Shown in pieces: positions 20,011 through 32,258 of a DNA stretch of 32,258 nucleotides. Source of the stretch: Octopus bimaculoides (Eukaryota). The translations under genes were made by a program, and so were the position numbers. The DNA is taken from assembly GCF_001194135.2 (NCBI RefSeq), contig NC_069000.1, positions 14,484,903 through 14,517,160 of the forward strand, written 5' to 3'. Under the pieces are notes generated by a model that worked only from the letters and a program-made list of their open reading frames with translations, ran no database searches and was not told the origin of the DNA. Numbering within the stretch: the first letter of the stretch is position 1; the number at the start of each line of letters is the position of its first letter.

Positions 20011-20989
20011 ACACACACACACACACACACACACGTGTATGTGTGTATGTGTGATGACCGTCCACATAGTTTCTGTCTACCAAATCTACTCATAAGGCTT
20101 TGATTACCATGGGGCTATAGTAGAAGACAACACTTACTCATTACAATAATAATATTAAAAAAAAAGACACCCAATAAACTTGCAAATATTTACCATTTCC
20201 CTGTTGCTAACCAATCTCTATAAGAACTGAAACATCTGGCGAGTCTCTTTATAGATTTGTTTCTAAGATAGCTTCCCTACACAATGTACAACAAAAACTA
20301 AGAATTATTCATCTTTCTTTTTCTTTTTTTGGTTTCATTTTCGGTCAGTAGGGTTTCCAGATCAAGCTTCATGCTACCTTCTTTTCATCGAATATAGAAC
20401 TAAATCTATCAAGTAATTCTATTTAGGTTAAATAATTTATGTATTCAGTTCAGCACTATCAACTGATGACTAATGGGTGGTATTTCCGTGTGAATACAAA
20501 GAGATCCAATAGTTACTGATATCTCATAGCTATTGCTCGGAGAACTAAATTATTTTGGAATAAGTAATATATTATTTCAACTAAATTCTTTTGGTCCTAC
20601 TGTCTTGTGATTAGGAGATAAATCTTCCCAACAAGAAATCAAAATGTCAAATGGACTTAGCAGGAAATGAAAATGTTCTACAGTCTTCAGTTAATCTGTA
20701 TTCTCCAATCTTTTAAAAGAACACAATTATCACAGTAATATATATTGTCAAAATACTTCTTGGCAGATTTATTGGAAACAAGTACTAATGAGATCAGCGT
20801 CATCGTCATCATCATCATCATAATTCCCCAAAACACTATTATCTCTGCTGCCACTACCAAAATGACCACTGTCACCACCACCACCACCACCATCTCACCA
20901 CCATCATCGTCTCACCATTTTTAGCACACTTATATATAATCATATTGGAATAGGATGGACAGGCCTACTTAATAATTTATCCCCAATCA

Positions 20990-21310
20990 AGGCAATGAAC
21001 TGGCAGAATCGGGAGCATGCCAGGCAAAATGCTTAGCGGCATTTTATCCGTCCTTACATTCTGAGTTCAAATTCCACCAAAGTCGACTTTGCCCTTAAGG
21101 GTAGTGAGCTGGCAGAATCATTAGCACGCCGGACAAACTGTTTAGTGGCATTTTGTCAGTCTTTACATCCTGAGTTCAAATTCTGCTGGGGTTAACTTTG
21201 CCTTTCATCCTTTTGGGGTTGATAAAATAAGTACCGGATGAACACTGGGGACAATGTAATCAACTTAGCCCCTTTCCTGAGATTGTGGGCCTTGTGCTAA
21301 AATTTGAAAC
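20990..21310 (+). mobile_element. Tandem SINE family A copies (3'-truncated copy followed by a near full-length copy)
   Basis: Two GAGCTGGCAGAATC heads (~20997 and ~21106), each followed by the GAGTTCAAATTC body. Confidence 0.85.
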
Positions 21311-21620
21311 CAATGTATCTCCAATCAGCTCTTTTATGCCGTTTTCCTCTTATTTTTCTTGTAAGTTCTACCAGACCAATTATTACACCTCCAAATCTCC
21401 CCAAACATCTTTATAGCTATTCCCCATCAACACGAGCAACACATTTTGATCAACCCATATTATCTGTATGCAATGCATGTTCATATCAGTAGAACCATGT
21501 CCTTGCATATACAAATTAATAATTCTAATGTCCAGTCTCTCTTTCAGCTCACTCACACTCAAGCCTCCCCACTCTCTCCTATTGTTAGGTAACTTATGAG
21601 TCATACTCAATTCTTTCCCT
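21310..21620 (-). pseudogene. Highly decayed RTE-type LINE ORF 3' end
   Basis: Minus strand SELKERLDIR..., shifted-frame *YEHALHTD (~WYGHVLRMD) and RGKRHKRADW (~RGRPRKTW). Confidence 0.4.
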
Positions 21621-21988
21621 TCTTTTGGTCTAGATCCTCTTATCACACTGTCTCATATGCAGGGTCACACTAACGGCATGCACATTTTACAGTTTATGCT
21701 CAGGAGCAAATCACTTTGTCTTCAACCAATTATACGCTATAAATACCATGTTATCAGTGACCCTGCCCCTAGTAGCAAGTTTTCTAAGAAACGGATATAT
21801 CTGCTAATTATTTAGGAAGTTATCTGAATTTTTAGTATTTGCAATAAATGTGACATGTATATATTTAATGTAATATCTCAGAGCTTGCGCTATCTCTTCT
21901 TAACCATCTGACTAATATAGTATCAAGTTCTTACCTAATTCATTCCCTAAATGTCACTTGAACTTATCAGTAATGGTTCATTCAAGAC

Positions 21989-22087
21989 TGATTTTCATGT
22001 ACTGATAGGTGTAATATCTCAGAGCTTGATTTTCATGTACTGATAGGTGTAATATCTCAGAGCTGATTTTCATGTATTGATAGGTGT
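21989..22087. repeat. 37-38-bp tandem repeat, ~2.6 copies
   Basis: TGATTTTCATGTACTGATAGGTGTAATATCTCAGAGC(T) repeated; a partial copy lies at 21869-21887. Confidence 0.92.
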
Positions 22088-22288
22088 TGTTAGATGATTT
22101 GTAAGAAACAGGGTTCACTTGATATTCAAGAGCTTAGAGTTAGCCACAAAGCAGAGAAGAAAAAAAACTGTTGACTGACAATTGCCAGAAGTTTCTTAGA
22201 AAGCAAGCCACTATATCTGGCTCAAAAAAGTGAATGAATGGTGCAGCAAGAACAAGCATTGAGGATGATAGAAACATCTGGCTCAAAG

Positions 22289-22518
22289 GCGGCGAGCTGG
22301 CAGAAACATTAGCACGCCGGGCGAAATGCTTAGCGGTATTTCGTCTGCCGCTATGTTCTGAGTTCAAATTCCTCCGAGGTCGACTTTGCCTTTCATCCTT
22401 TCGGGGTCGATTAAGTAAGTACCAGTTACCCACTGGGGTCGGTGTAATCGACTTAATCCCTTTGTCTGTCCTTGTTTGTCCCCTCTATGTTTGGCCTCTT
22501 GTGGGCAATAAAGAAATA
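22289..22518 (+). mobile_element. Full-length young SINE family A with ~19-bp TSD
   Basis: AGAAACATCTGGCTCAAAG at 22270-22288 and 22519-22537; CpGs largely intact. Confidence 0.93.
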
Positions 22519-23384
22519 AGAAACATCTGGCTCAAAGTTGCAATATTTGACTCTCCAAAAAGGCCCATCACCAAACTTTGGTGCCTTGGGGTGCTGCAGA
22601 ATATTCTGGGTAGGCACTAATTTGTAATAATGCTAAAGTGGAGTTTTTAAATAAACGTATCACTGTGAATCAAAGGGTGCACTATTGAATAGTGAGGGGG
22701 CAGTGCCACCCCCTTAGTGATGGACATGTCTACAAAGCTCATATTGTTGTGTGGGAGTTTTGTCACCTACATCAGCAGGTAGGCCTGGGCAGCTCTGGTT
22801 TTGGGGTGGAAGGCACTGAAATACCTACAGAGCTGCTTCCAGTGTCTGATGGGACACTGACTTCAGAATTTGGTGATAGAGTGCAGCAGCACCCACAACA
22901 CATAGACAGTTTACTATAGACAGTCGAGGTGACATGAAATTGAGATCTGGAAATTGATATTCAATATATAACAAATGTTGACTGAAAAATGTTGGACTTG
23001 AGTGACTAAATTTACTTGTAGTTATTTCTTCCTTGTCACCACATCACTGCAACAATAACAGTTTATAATGTAGGGGTATCCAATGTTCTCCAGTTCAGTT
23101 TGCTATTAGCAAATTTTAAGCTTGATTCCATTAAGTACTTCACAAAAACCAGCCATTAGTAAAATCAATAATTGATTGTATTTCGGATGTTACTGTAGTG
23201 AGTATTATGGAATATTAGGTAAAGTCTCAGAGGGATAAGGTCATCATGGATTCATTCTCAATTCTTGGTTGAAGTCAGTTACCTTAGTTAATGCTGCTTA
23301 TTCTTGAGAAAAGGTTCAACATAACTTTTGATTCTTCGTGGGACTTTTGTGAAGATATATATATATAACATCACATTGATATGA

Positions 23385-23549
23385 CTTAGTCATGCATTAT
23401 CTTGTAGCTTTGAGACTTCAATGATGTGATTGTTTATTTTTAGAATAATATTGTAGGGTAAGTGTGAGAGGCCGGATCTGGCCAGTTTGAACATAATACA
23501 AGTAGAATATTTTGGCTGGATATGGTCGGTTCAAATGCTAAAGGGTTAA
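23385..23549 (+). mobile_element. Right end of a piggyBac-like non-autonomous element
   Basis: Ends ...GCTAAAGGG|TTAA (reverse complement TTAA|CCCTTTAGC). No matching left end seen; the start coordinate is approximate. Confidence 0.5.
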
Positions 23550-24593
23550 ACACTTTCTCTCTTCTCATACGCATAGAGAGATATACTCACAGACATTAAG
23601 AGAGAAAGAGAGAGAGGGGGACAGACAGACAGACAGACAGAGCAAGAGTGTTGAAGAGAACAAGAAAAGCCTTAAATACGTCAGTGTTGAACGTGCAACA
23701 TTAAATAGGTTGTGTCAGATAGACTGAAAGCCATCTTACAGATTTTGTGGATTTTATAGTTTGAAAGTGGTATTTTTGGGTTTCAGTTATTTTCTGAATT
23801 TGATAACTGGCAGCACCATACTGATAATATTTAATATACTATATCATGTCACTAACAAAACAGTCCTTGTGTTTACTCAAAGGATGAAATTAAGATATTT
23901 TAATTGAAGAGTGGAGGCTTATATAATTTTTAAAAAACAAAAAAAGACAAAATTTGCTAACTGGCAAATTTCTGTGCTGACCCACAGCAAAAATAATTAG
24001 AAGGAACATTGTTCAAGATTAATTACTGTAAAATGAGAACCAGTTGTTGCACTGTGGTGGCTTGTGCACCTCAATGGCCCTTAGAGCTTTGTCAGTCGAG
24101 TGCAAGCTCCTGGTAGGACTTCCTATGCTGGACAGGTCAAAGGACTGAGGCCAGACTAATATGTATCACCTCTTCCCAGAGGTAAAAAAAAATTGAATTT
24201 GTATTGGGCTTAGGCAAAATTATAGAAGCAACAATGACAATTCAGAACCAACTAGACCTGGGAGAGGAACATATTAACTCGTCATCATAATCATCTTCAC
24301 CACCACCACCACCACCATCATCATCATTTAACATCTGTTTTCTGTGCAGGCATGGGTGGAAGGTTTGACTGGGACTGGTAAGGCTGGGAGCCACACCAGG
24401 TTCCATTGTCTGGTTTGGCTTTGTTTCTACAGCTGGATGCCCTTCCTAATGCCAACCACTTTACAAAGTGTACCGGGTGCTTTTTACATGGCACCAGCAC
24501 CTGCACCTGCACTAATGCTTTTTGTGTGGCCCCTAAAAAGCACTCCATCAGGGAATCATATAACACAGTGCAGGAAAATCCAAAGGGAAATTA

Positions 24594-24806
24594 CGAGGGG
24601 GGGGTACTGAAAAGTTCCTGGCTTTCGGTAAAAGAAAACATAGGAGTATCAGTTAATTATGATTTTATTCAACATATTTCCCCTCTCAGATTCACACACT
24701 TATTGCAGCAGTCCTTCAGTTTTTGTAAGCCCTGTAAATGAATTCAGAAAGTTGGGCATCCAACTAGGACTTTCACAATGCCCTTAAAGCCAGGAACTTT
24801 TCAGCA
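24594..24806. mobile_element. Mariner MITE family M1, second copy (right TIR clipped)
   Basis: TA|CGAGGGGGGGGTACTGAAAAGTTCCTGGCTTT...AAAGCCAGGAACTTTTCAGCA; collinear with 16630-16846. Confidence 0.9.
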
Positions 24807-25672
24807 TTCTCTTGCACAAGGAATTAACAGGGATCCAGCTAGAGAGAAGAAGTAAAGAGACCCCAGAGTGAAGAACACTGATGGTGAGTTGTTGACGGCT
24901 TATGCTCGATAGAGAGCAAAGATTTTCAATAAGTTAGTAAATCTGGTGAGGCTTAAGAAAGAAGCATGAAGAAATAGTGTTTCATCTATTAACTATCCTG
25001 TCCTTTTTGTGTATTGTCTATTCAACACGTTTATCGTTATTCAAGACAGTAAGCTGTGATATTAGGGAAATACAGTTACTATTTCTAGCAAGCTGACACA
25101 CCACATTAGCCAAGGTAAACACCAGTAACAGTCTGCAATTTATTCAATTGATTATACACCTTTGTTTTAGAGGAGAAACAAAAAAGCTATCATTATTGTT
25201 GAAATGTTTTTAATCTTTGTTTTTCTTGAATGTGGTCAGATGTGTTTCTATCATGGACATATATCTCCTTATCCAATTACAAGCTATATAATCTTACCTG
25301 ATTCACCGTGTTATCATCCTGTCACCTCTGACAGACAGTGCCTTATCCAATTATTGTATACTTTTCAATCTGCAATCAGTGTTTACGATATCAATTTATC
25401 TACTTAGTTCTTTCAGTATTAATGTTTGTTTGTTTTATAGAGTTAGTTTTAGTGTTTTGTGAGATTTCTTTCTTGAGAAATATGTAATATATTAAAAGAT
25501 TACAATTGCCCCTACAAACCACTGTAAGGTAAGACACATTACTTTGACTCCAGTAAAGTCTGAAGAACCTATTAGATACATGTTTTACAAGTTTTTCTTT
25601 CTTTTTCAATTAATTTACTCTATATCTCTATCATTAGTCTTCAGATACTCTATTTAAAAATGATATGTATGA

Positions 25673-25713
<41 letters not shown>

Positions 25714-26512
25714 GAATNNNNNNNNNNNNNNNNNNNNNNNNNNNNNNNNNNNNNNNNNNNNNNNNNNNNNNNNNNNNNNNNNNNNNNNNNNNNNNNNNNN
25801 NNNNNNNNNNNNNNNNNNNNNNNNNNNNNNNNNNNNNNNNNNNNNNNNNNNNNNNNNNNNNNNNNNNNNNNNNNNNNNNNNNNNNNNNNNNNNNNNNNNN
25901 NNNNNNNNNNNNNNNNNNNNNNNNNNNNNNNNNNNNNNNNNNNNNNNNNNNNNNNNNNNNNNNNNNNNNNNNNNNNNNNNNNNNNNNNNNNNNNNNNNNN
26001 NNNNNNNNNNNNNNNNNNNNNNNNNNNNNNNNNNNNNNNNNNNNNNNNNNNNNNNNNNNNNNNNNNNNNNNNNNNNNNNNNNNNNNNNNNNNNNNNNNNN
26101 NNNNNNNNNNNNNNNNNNNNNNNNNNNNNNNNNNNNNNNNNNNNNNNNNNNNNNNNNNNNNNNNNNNNNNNNNNNNNNNNNNNNNNNNNNNNNNNNNNNN
26201 NNNNNNNNNNNNNNNNNNNNNNNNNNNNNNNNNNNNNNNNNNNNNNNNNNNNNNNNNNNNNNNNNNNNNNNNNNNNNNNNNNNNNNNNNNNNNNNNNNNN
26301 NNNNNNNNNNNNNNNNNNNNNNNNNNNNNNNNNNNNNNNNNNNNNNNNNNNNNNNNNNNNNNNNNNNNNNNNNNNNNNNNNNNNNNNNNNNNNNNNNNNN
26401 NNNNNNNNNNNNNNNNNNNNNNNNNNNNNNNNNNNNNNNNNNNNNNNNNNNNNNNNNNNNNNNNNNNNNNNNNNNNNNNNNNNNNNNNNNNNNNNNNNNN
26501 NNNNNNNNNNNN

Positions 26513-26579
<67 letters not shown>

Positions 26580-27188
26580 AGATATATATATCTATGCCTA
26601 TGCATGTATGTATACAAACACACATACACACAGAAATCACACTTATACACATCTTCGAGGTTCTCATCGATGGTACCGCTCTTGTAGCTACAAGTAGTCA
26701 CATGCATTTCTCTCACTGCGGAACAGAGCATGCTATTATAAATACCATTTTGACAACTTAGTCCATTATATTTCCAGTACTTATTAAATGAGGTAAATAG
26801 CCGTGGCCTCAGTGACTCGAAGTCCCTGTCCTATATCTCTGTCAAGTGAGCTATTGTTCTTTACTATGCAAATTATATTGTAAATTGTAAAATTAGGTCA
26901 ACCGAAATGTTTACTTAAAAAAAAAAATAAAAGCTATGATTGTTTCTATTAATTTAAGCATCACCTATTTTTAATATTATTAGAGAGAAAACGCATAATA
27001 TTTCTCTGTATCTCTGAAATAATTTTTTGGATAACGAATAACACTCACACTTCAAGTCATAAGGTAGCATGTGAATACGGTAACTGAGGAATAACAATTT
27101 TGATTTCAGTTGAATGACATTTAGCTTGGTGCAGTCTGAACCACACATATACACAAACTCTGTCGGTCAGATAGGTTATGCATACATA

Positions 27189-27226
<38 letters not shown>

Positions 27227-27432
27227 GTCAATACTCAGAATAAATTTTCCAGATGTGTAGGATTGGCAGTTAGTGTTGTGACATATTTTGCAACCTGCTT
27301 AAACGTATGAATTAATATTAAATTTACAGAATGACTCAGGAAACATAAATGGTTCCAACTGTACTGAGATTAAATGAACCTTCAATTTAAAAGCCATGAT
27401 CCTTTTGATATTTTCACCCAAGAGACCTCCCA

Positions 27433-27478
<46 letters not shown>

Positions 27479-27764
27479 CTGCACGTGTATGTTCATTTTT
27501 ATGTCTGTTTTTTTCCATGCTAGAATGGTTTGGATGAGGAACTTACTTAAAGTGGGATCTTACAGCCAAAATAGCTGCAGCAGATGTGGCTGTGTGATCA
27601 AGAGGTTTGCTTCCTAGCAATAAGGTTTCAACTTTGAGTTTTCTTACTGCATGGCTCCTGAGGCAAGTGTTTCTATATCATAGCCCTGAGCTGACTAAAT
27701 CTTTGTGAAAGTATTTGACAGATGGAAACTGAAAGAAGCCTGTATATGTACGTATGTATTTATA

Positions 27765-27860
27765 TCCTAGAAAAATTGGGCACCTACATCGAGAGCAAGC
27801 ATTGCAAGTTGTGTACGGCAGAACAGGCAAGGATTTTAGAGAACTCCCTCATCTTGGGGA
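27765..27860 (+). pseudogene. Possible decayed C-terminus of an R4/Dong-type non-LTR element
   Basis: LEKLGTYIE...LQVVYGRT-ARILENSL across frameshifts resembles the terminal LQKxxLLGTARILRKVL of R4/Dong/Rex6 ORFs. Confidence 0.3.
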
Positions 27861-28289
27861 ACATCTTAAATTCCAGGATGGAAGTCTTCAAACCCTGCTT
27901 ACATTTCAGGCAGTTCCTACTGAAATCCTGGGACCTGCAAGCTGACTGGGTGGATTCTGGATAGCGGTTGACCCTTCTCCTTTGTGTGTTCAGTAAGTAG
28001 CTACAAGGTCTTTTCTCCCTCCATTTTGAAGAGAGTTTATAGGCCACCGGCCATTAGGGTCTGACAAGATGTTGTAAAACTAAGCGTTTTATGGACACAA
28101 GATCCTGGATAACCCTATAGATTGGCCATAACTACCTTTATCTAAATATATATATATATATTATAAGATCTGGTAATTAGTCATATATTAATATATTAAT
28201 TAATATCGATCAATTATCAGGGGGCCAGCACATTTAAAGAATCAAAGAGATTCAGAAATATTATCTGCAATCTCAGGGGATTAAGGTAC

Positions 28290-28422
28290 ATTTTAAAAAA
28301 TAACGTCGACCACTAACGTGGACAATTAATGCACTAGAGAACTTTTGAGAACTTAATAGACACAAGATGTGATCTATTTCTAGCGCATTAATTGTCCACG
28401 TTAGTGGTCGACGTTATTTTTT

Positions 28423-28427
<5 letters not shown>
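28290..28427. repeat. Near-perfect palindrome: 49-bp arms (1 mismatch), 40-bp spacer; MITE-like
   Basis: ATTTTAAAAAATAACGTCGACCACTAACGTGGACAATTAATGCACTAGA (28290-28338) versus its reverse complement at 28379-28427. Confidence 0.95.
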
Positions 28428-28458
<31 letters not shown>

Positions 28459-28805
28459 CAAATTGAGGGAGTAGAACAGGCAAAATGCATGCTACATATG
28501 TTTCTTAGCTAACTGAATCTCAGATGTAAAAGTTATGCAACAAGAAGTGCTTAACATAACTAGTCATCACTTGACATAATGTGATGGCTGTTATACAGCA
28601 ATGTCCTCCATTCCCAATCTTTTTTGAAAATGTATCTGTCCATGGTGGACCTTCCTTGGAAATCGGTGAGTGTTAAGCACAGGAAGGGCATCTGGCTGTA
28701 GAAAATCTGCCTTGATACATTCCATCCAACCCATGCAAGCATGGAAAGTGGATATTAAAATGATAATGATGATATATATGTATGTGTGTGTGTGTGTGTG
28801 TGTGT

Positions 28806-29207
28806 AGGTGCAGGTATGGCTGTAGGCACAAGCGGGGTTGTGTAATAAACAACTTGCTTCCCAGCCTCATAGTTCAGGGTTCAGTCCCACTGTGCGGCCC
28901 CTTGGACAAGTGTCTTGTACTTTGCCTTGGGCTGACCAAAGCCTTGTGAGTGGATTTGGTAGATAAAAGCTGAAAGAAGCTCNNNNNNNNNNNNNNNNNN
29001 NNNNNNNNNNNNNNNNNNNNNNNNNNNNNNNNNNNNNNNNNNNNNNNNNNNNNNNATATATGTATGTGTATGCGTGTCTTTGTGTCGTCTGTGTTTGTCC
29101 CCCACCACCACTTAACAACTGGTGTTAGTGTGTTTGTACCTCCATAAATTGATGCTTTAGTGGTGCCCACCATGACTGCAGTCTACTGGCTGAAACAAGT
29201 AAAAGAT

Positions 29208-29252
<45 letters not shown>

Positions 29253-29985
29253 ATCCATGTATTGTATTTGATTGTGCATGATTAGAGAGAGCAATGTATC
29301 AGATAAAAGCAATAGAGCAACAGAGAAGTGTATGGAGAAGAGAAGTGACAGAATCTGAGACATTAAGAGAGAGAGAGAGAGAGAGAAAGAGAAAGCTGGA
29401 AGGAAGAAAAGTGTGATAGGAAAGCTTATAAAGAGTACTGAGATGAACTAACGTACAATAGTGACTCCGGTGTAAGTGACTTGAGAGAGTCTGAGATATT
29501 AGAGGTCAATGCCTTTTAGAGCAGCCAATTTGCAAGTTATTCTAAAGAACAGTCTGTGTCTGATATAAAGGTTAAACAAAGTAAGATTTATAATGGAAAG
29601 ATAAATTTAGTAAATTGTAATGTATAACATAGGCAAAACTAATAAACATTAATAGGAAGTTATGTTTTTGTGTCCTCATTGTATGAATATTCTCAAAAAA
29701 AGAATGTTTTGTTTGCATGATTTATTAAATGTTTGTCAGGGTAGTAACTAATTAGATTTAGTATTATAGGTGTAAAAGAAAGAATTGGGTGTAAAATTGT
29801 GCAGTTTATAGGCACAGGTATGGCTGCGTGGTTGTGAAGCTTGCTTCCCAACCATATGGTTTTAAGTTCAGTTCCACTGCACAGTACCTTGGGTAAGTGT
29901 TTTCTACTGTAACCCTAGGCAGACTAAAGCTTTGTGAATGAGTTTAGTAGACGGAAACTGAAAGAAGCCTGTCTTATGTGTGTGT
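28806..29985 (+). mobile_element. SINE family B copies (28806-29210 spanning a gap; 29813-29985 5' half)
   Basis: GGYRCAGGTATGGCTG head, B-box-like GTTCAGTYCCACTG, family B body; the first copy ends in CTGAAACAAGTAAAAGA. Confidence 0.8.
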
Positions 29986-30467
29986 GTGTGTGTGTGTATC
30001 ATCATCATCGTTTAATGTTCATTTTCCATGCTGGCATGGGTTGGACAGCTTCACAGGAACTGGCAAGGCCAGGGGCCACACCAAATAACATAGTCTGTTT
30101 TGACTTCTAATGCCAACTGTTAGGAAAGGTATCTGTGTGCGTGTGTGTGTATTTGTATATTTATATATATATTTATATATGCATTTGTAAATGTGTTTGT
30201 GTTTTTAAGTGTGTCACTGTTTCCTTGCCTGTTTCACGGCAGGGTAGATACAACTGGTGTCTTTTATTTCCAATCTTCAGTGAAAACTTGTCTGGTCACG
30301 GGGAAATATTACTCAACCGGGAAACAGGTGAGGGTTGGTGACAGGAAGGGCATCCGGCTTTAAAGATCTGCTTCAACAAATTCTATCAATCTATCAATCG
30401 ATCAATCCATCCATCCAGATAGATAGAAAGGTAGACAGATAGAAAGGTAGACAGACAGACAGGCAGG

Positions 30468-30499
<32 letters not shown>

Positions 30500-30502
30500 A
30501 TT

Positions 30503-31125
30503 GTCTGGTAAGAAGGTGAGGAGCTGGCAGAAACGTTAGCACACAGGACGAAATGCTTAGTGGTATTTCGTCTGTCTTGACGTTCTGAGTTCAAATTCCG
30601 TCGAGGTCGACTTTGCCTTTCATCCTTTTGGGGTCGATAAATTAAGTACCAGTTACACATTGGGGTCGATGTAATCGACTTAATCCGTTTGTCTGTCCTT
30701 GCTTGTCCCCTCTATGTTTAGCCCCTTGTGGGCAATAAAGAAATAAGAAGTTTGCTTCCCAACCAAATGGTTCCAGTTTTCAATTCCACTGCATGGTACC
30801 TTGGGCATGAGGCTGACCAAAATTATTGTGAGTGGATTTGGTAGATGGAACCTGAAAGAAGCCTGTCATACATATAGCTATATGTGTATCAGTGTGTGTT
30901 GTGTGTGTGTGTTTTTGAGTCTGTGTTTCTCCCCCATCATTGCTTGACAACCGATGTTGGTGTGTTTGTGTCTCCAGAACTTAATGCTTCAGCAAAAGTT
31001 TCTGATAAAATAAGCACCACAATATAAGTACTGGGGTTATTTCCTTTGACTAAAAGTCTTCAAATGAGTGCCCCAGCATGGCCACGGTTTAATCAGTGAA
31101 ACAAGTAAAAGATTAAAGACAAAAG
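30503..31125 (+). mobile_element. SINE family B interrupted in its head by a full-length family A copy (30516-30743)
   Basis: TAAGAAG duplicated at 30509-30515 and 30744-30750; the family B head resumes TTTGCTTCCCAACC right after. Confidence 0.85.
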
Positions 31126-31318
31126 ATGTGAATTCATGTGTTGAAACAGATATTATTATACTTTATGATGATGATGCTACCAATTAAATCATACACTCTG
31201 CTCGTATTTCTCATCAGTTTATTTTCAATTAATTAGACAATTAGCCATTTAATCAATTGATTAATTGGTTTGTTGAACTCCTTTCATCATGGTCTACAAC
31301 TTCATTCAGGACGATGTA

Positions 31319-31549
31319 TTGGGTTGTCCGGAAAGTTCGTGCCAATTTTTAAAGGAAAGAAAAAAAAGGTCAATAAATACTTGCCATTACATTTTTAATC
31401 AACCAAATATGAACCATTTTGTTGCACAATGCGTCTCCATCTTTCCTTTAACTTGAAAATACCCCATTCCCAGAATTGAGGAGGTTTCACGGCAAATAAG
31501 TCGAAAGGTAAGCTACTATAAATCGGCATGAACTTTCCGAACAACCCAA
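31319..31549. mobile_element. Mariner-derived MITE (family M2) with TA TSD
   Basis: 25-bp TIR TTGGGTTGTCCGGAAAGTTCGTGCC (2 mismatches), TA at 31317-18 and 31550-51. Minus strand keeps KPPQFWEWGIFKLKERWRRIVQQNGSYLVD*. Confidence 0.92.
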
Positions 31550-31782
31550 TACATTGCTTTACATCTTTGTCATACCCACTTCTTCTTTGCTCTTTGCTTT
31601 ATATGTGAAAGTGAATTTTGTTCACATTGTGTCATGTTCCCATTGTGCTTGTATGCTTGATTCGAAACTGGGCAGACGGTACTTTTTTATGTAATGGTTC
31701 ATGTGTGTGTATGTGTGGGTTTTGTTTTGTTCACCTTCAGCCTTCATTACACTCCCACATATTTGTGTGTGTGTGTATATTC

Positions 31783-32170
31783 TTTTATTCTTTTACTCAT
31801 TTCAGTCATTTCACTGCGGCCATACTGGAGCACTTCCTTAAAGGGTTTTTAGTTAAACAAATTGACACCAGGACTTTCTTTTTAAAGCTTAGTACTTATT
31901 CTATCAGTCTGTTTTGCTGAACTGTTAAGTTACAGGGATGTAAATACACCAACACCAGTTGTGAAGCAGTCATGGAGGGACAAACACAGACACATAGATA
32001 CACACACGACAGGCTTCTTTCAGTTTCTGTCTACCAAATCCACTCACAAGGCTTTGGTTGGCCTGAGGCTATGGTAGAAGACACTTGCCCAAGGTGCCAC
32101 ACAATGAGACTGAACCCGGAACCATTGGTTGGGATGCAAGCTTCTTACCACACAGTCACACCTGTGCCTA
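31783..32170 (-). mobile_element. Full-length SINE family B (~390 bp)
   Basis: tRNA-like head (GTGTGGTAAGAAGCTTG...GGTTCCGGGTTCAGTC), CCTTGGGCAAGTGTCTTCTAC body, central (TG)n, and tail GCTCCAGTATGGCCGCAGTGAAATGACTGAAATGAGTAAAAGA. Confidence 0.9.
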
Positions 32171-32258
32171 TTTATACACACACACACACACACACACATA
32201 CATATAAGTATGTATATGTGTATATCTATAGATGTACATATGTATATATGTATTCATA

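Noticed and set aside
22692-22950. GC-richer segment with open frames on both strands (LSDGHVYKAH...; SMCCGCCCTLS...)
   Set aside because: Splice signals conflict between strands and no family is recognisable; cannot be supported as an exon.
4590-26731. Long ORFs of 100-365 aa in the ORF track
   Set aside because: They are mostly X from N-gaps and (TA)n flanks.
26600-26731. YKCDFC motif suggesting a C2H2 zinc finger
   Set aside because: The rest of the finger is derived from (TG)n/(TA)n microsatellite and the His spacing is not supported.
1-32258. CRISPR array, intact tRNA/rRNA genes, bacterial operons
   Set aside because: No repeat-spacer array; the tRNA-like sequences are SINE heads or a 3' fragment; the DNA is eukaryotic repeat-rich sequence.

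Overview
Eukaryotic, AT-rich, microsatellite-dense draft-assembly DNA with six N-gaps (3728-3835, 4723-5250, 6040-6611, 12915-13134, 25718-26512, 28983-29055; 2,296 N in total). The repeat families look like those of octopus/cephalopod genomes (inference from recognition, not a search). No intact, recognisable protein-coding gene is present; nearly all long ORFs in the track come from N-runs or microsatellites. Most of the window is transposon debris. This includes at least four tRNA-type or RTE-tailed SINE families, decayed non-LTR RT fragments, and two Tc1/mariner transposase remnants. It also includes a Tc2/pogo-like derivative, three mariner MITEs, hAT MITEs, a piggyBac-like end and a 49-bp-arm palindrome. 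The most unusual area is 3.1-6.0 kb. It holds two Penelope-type hammerhead-like motifs with the same variant core (CCGAUGA). It also holds a ~220-bp, ~98%-identical inverted repeat pair ending in hairpins, one copy of which abuts the antisense 3' half of mature tRNA-Trp including CCA. A sharp drop in CpG near 11.3 kb suggests entry into a methylated gene body, but the exons could only be guessed.
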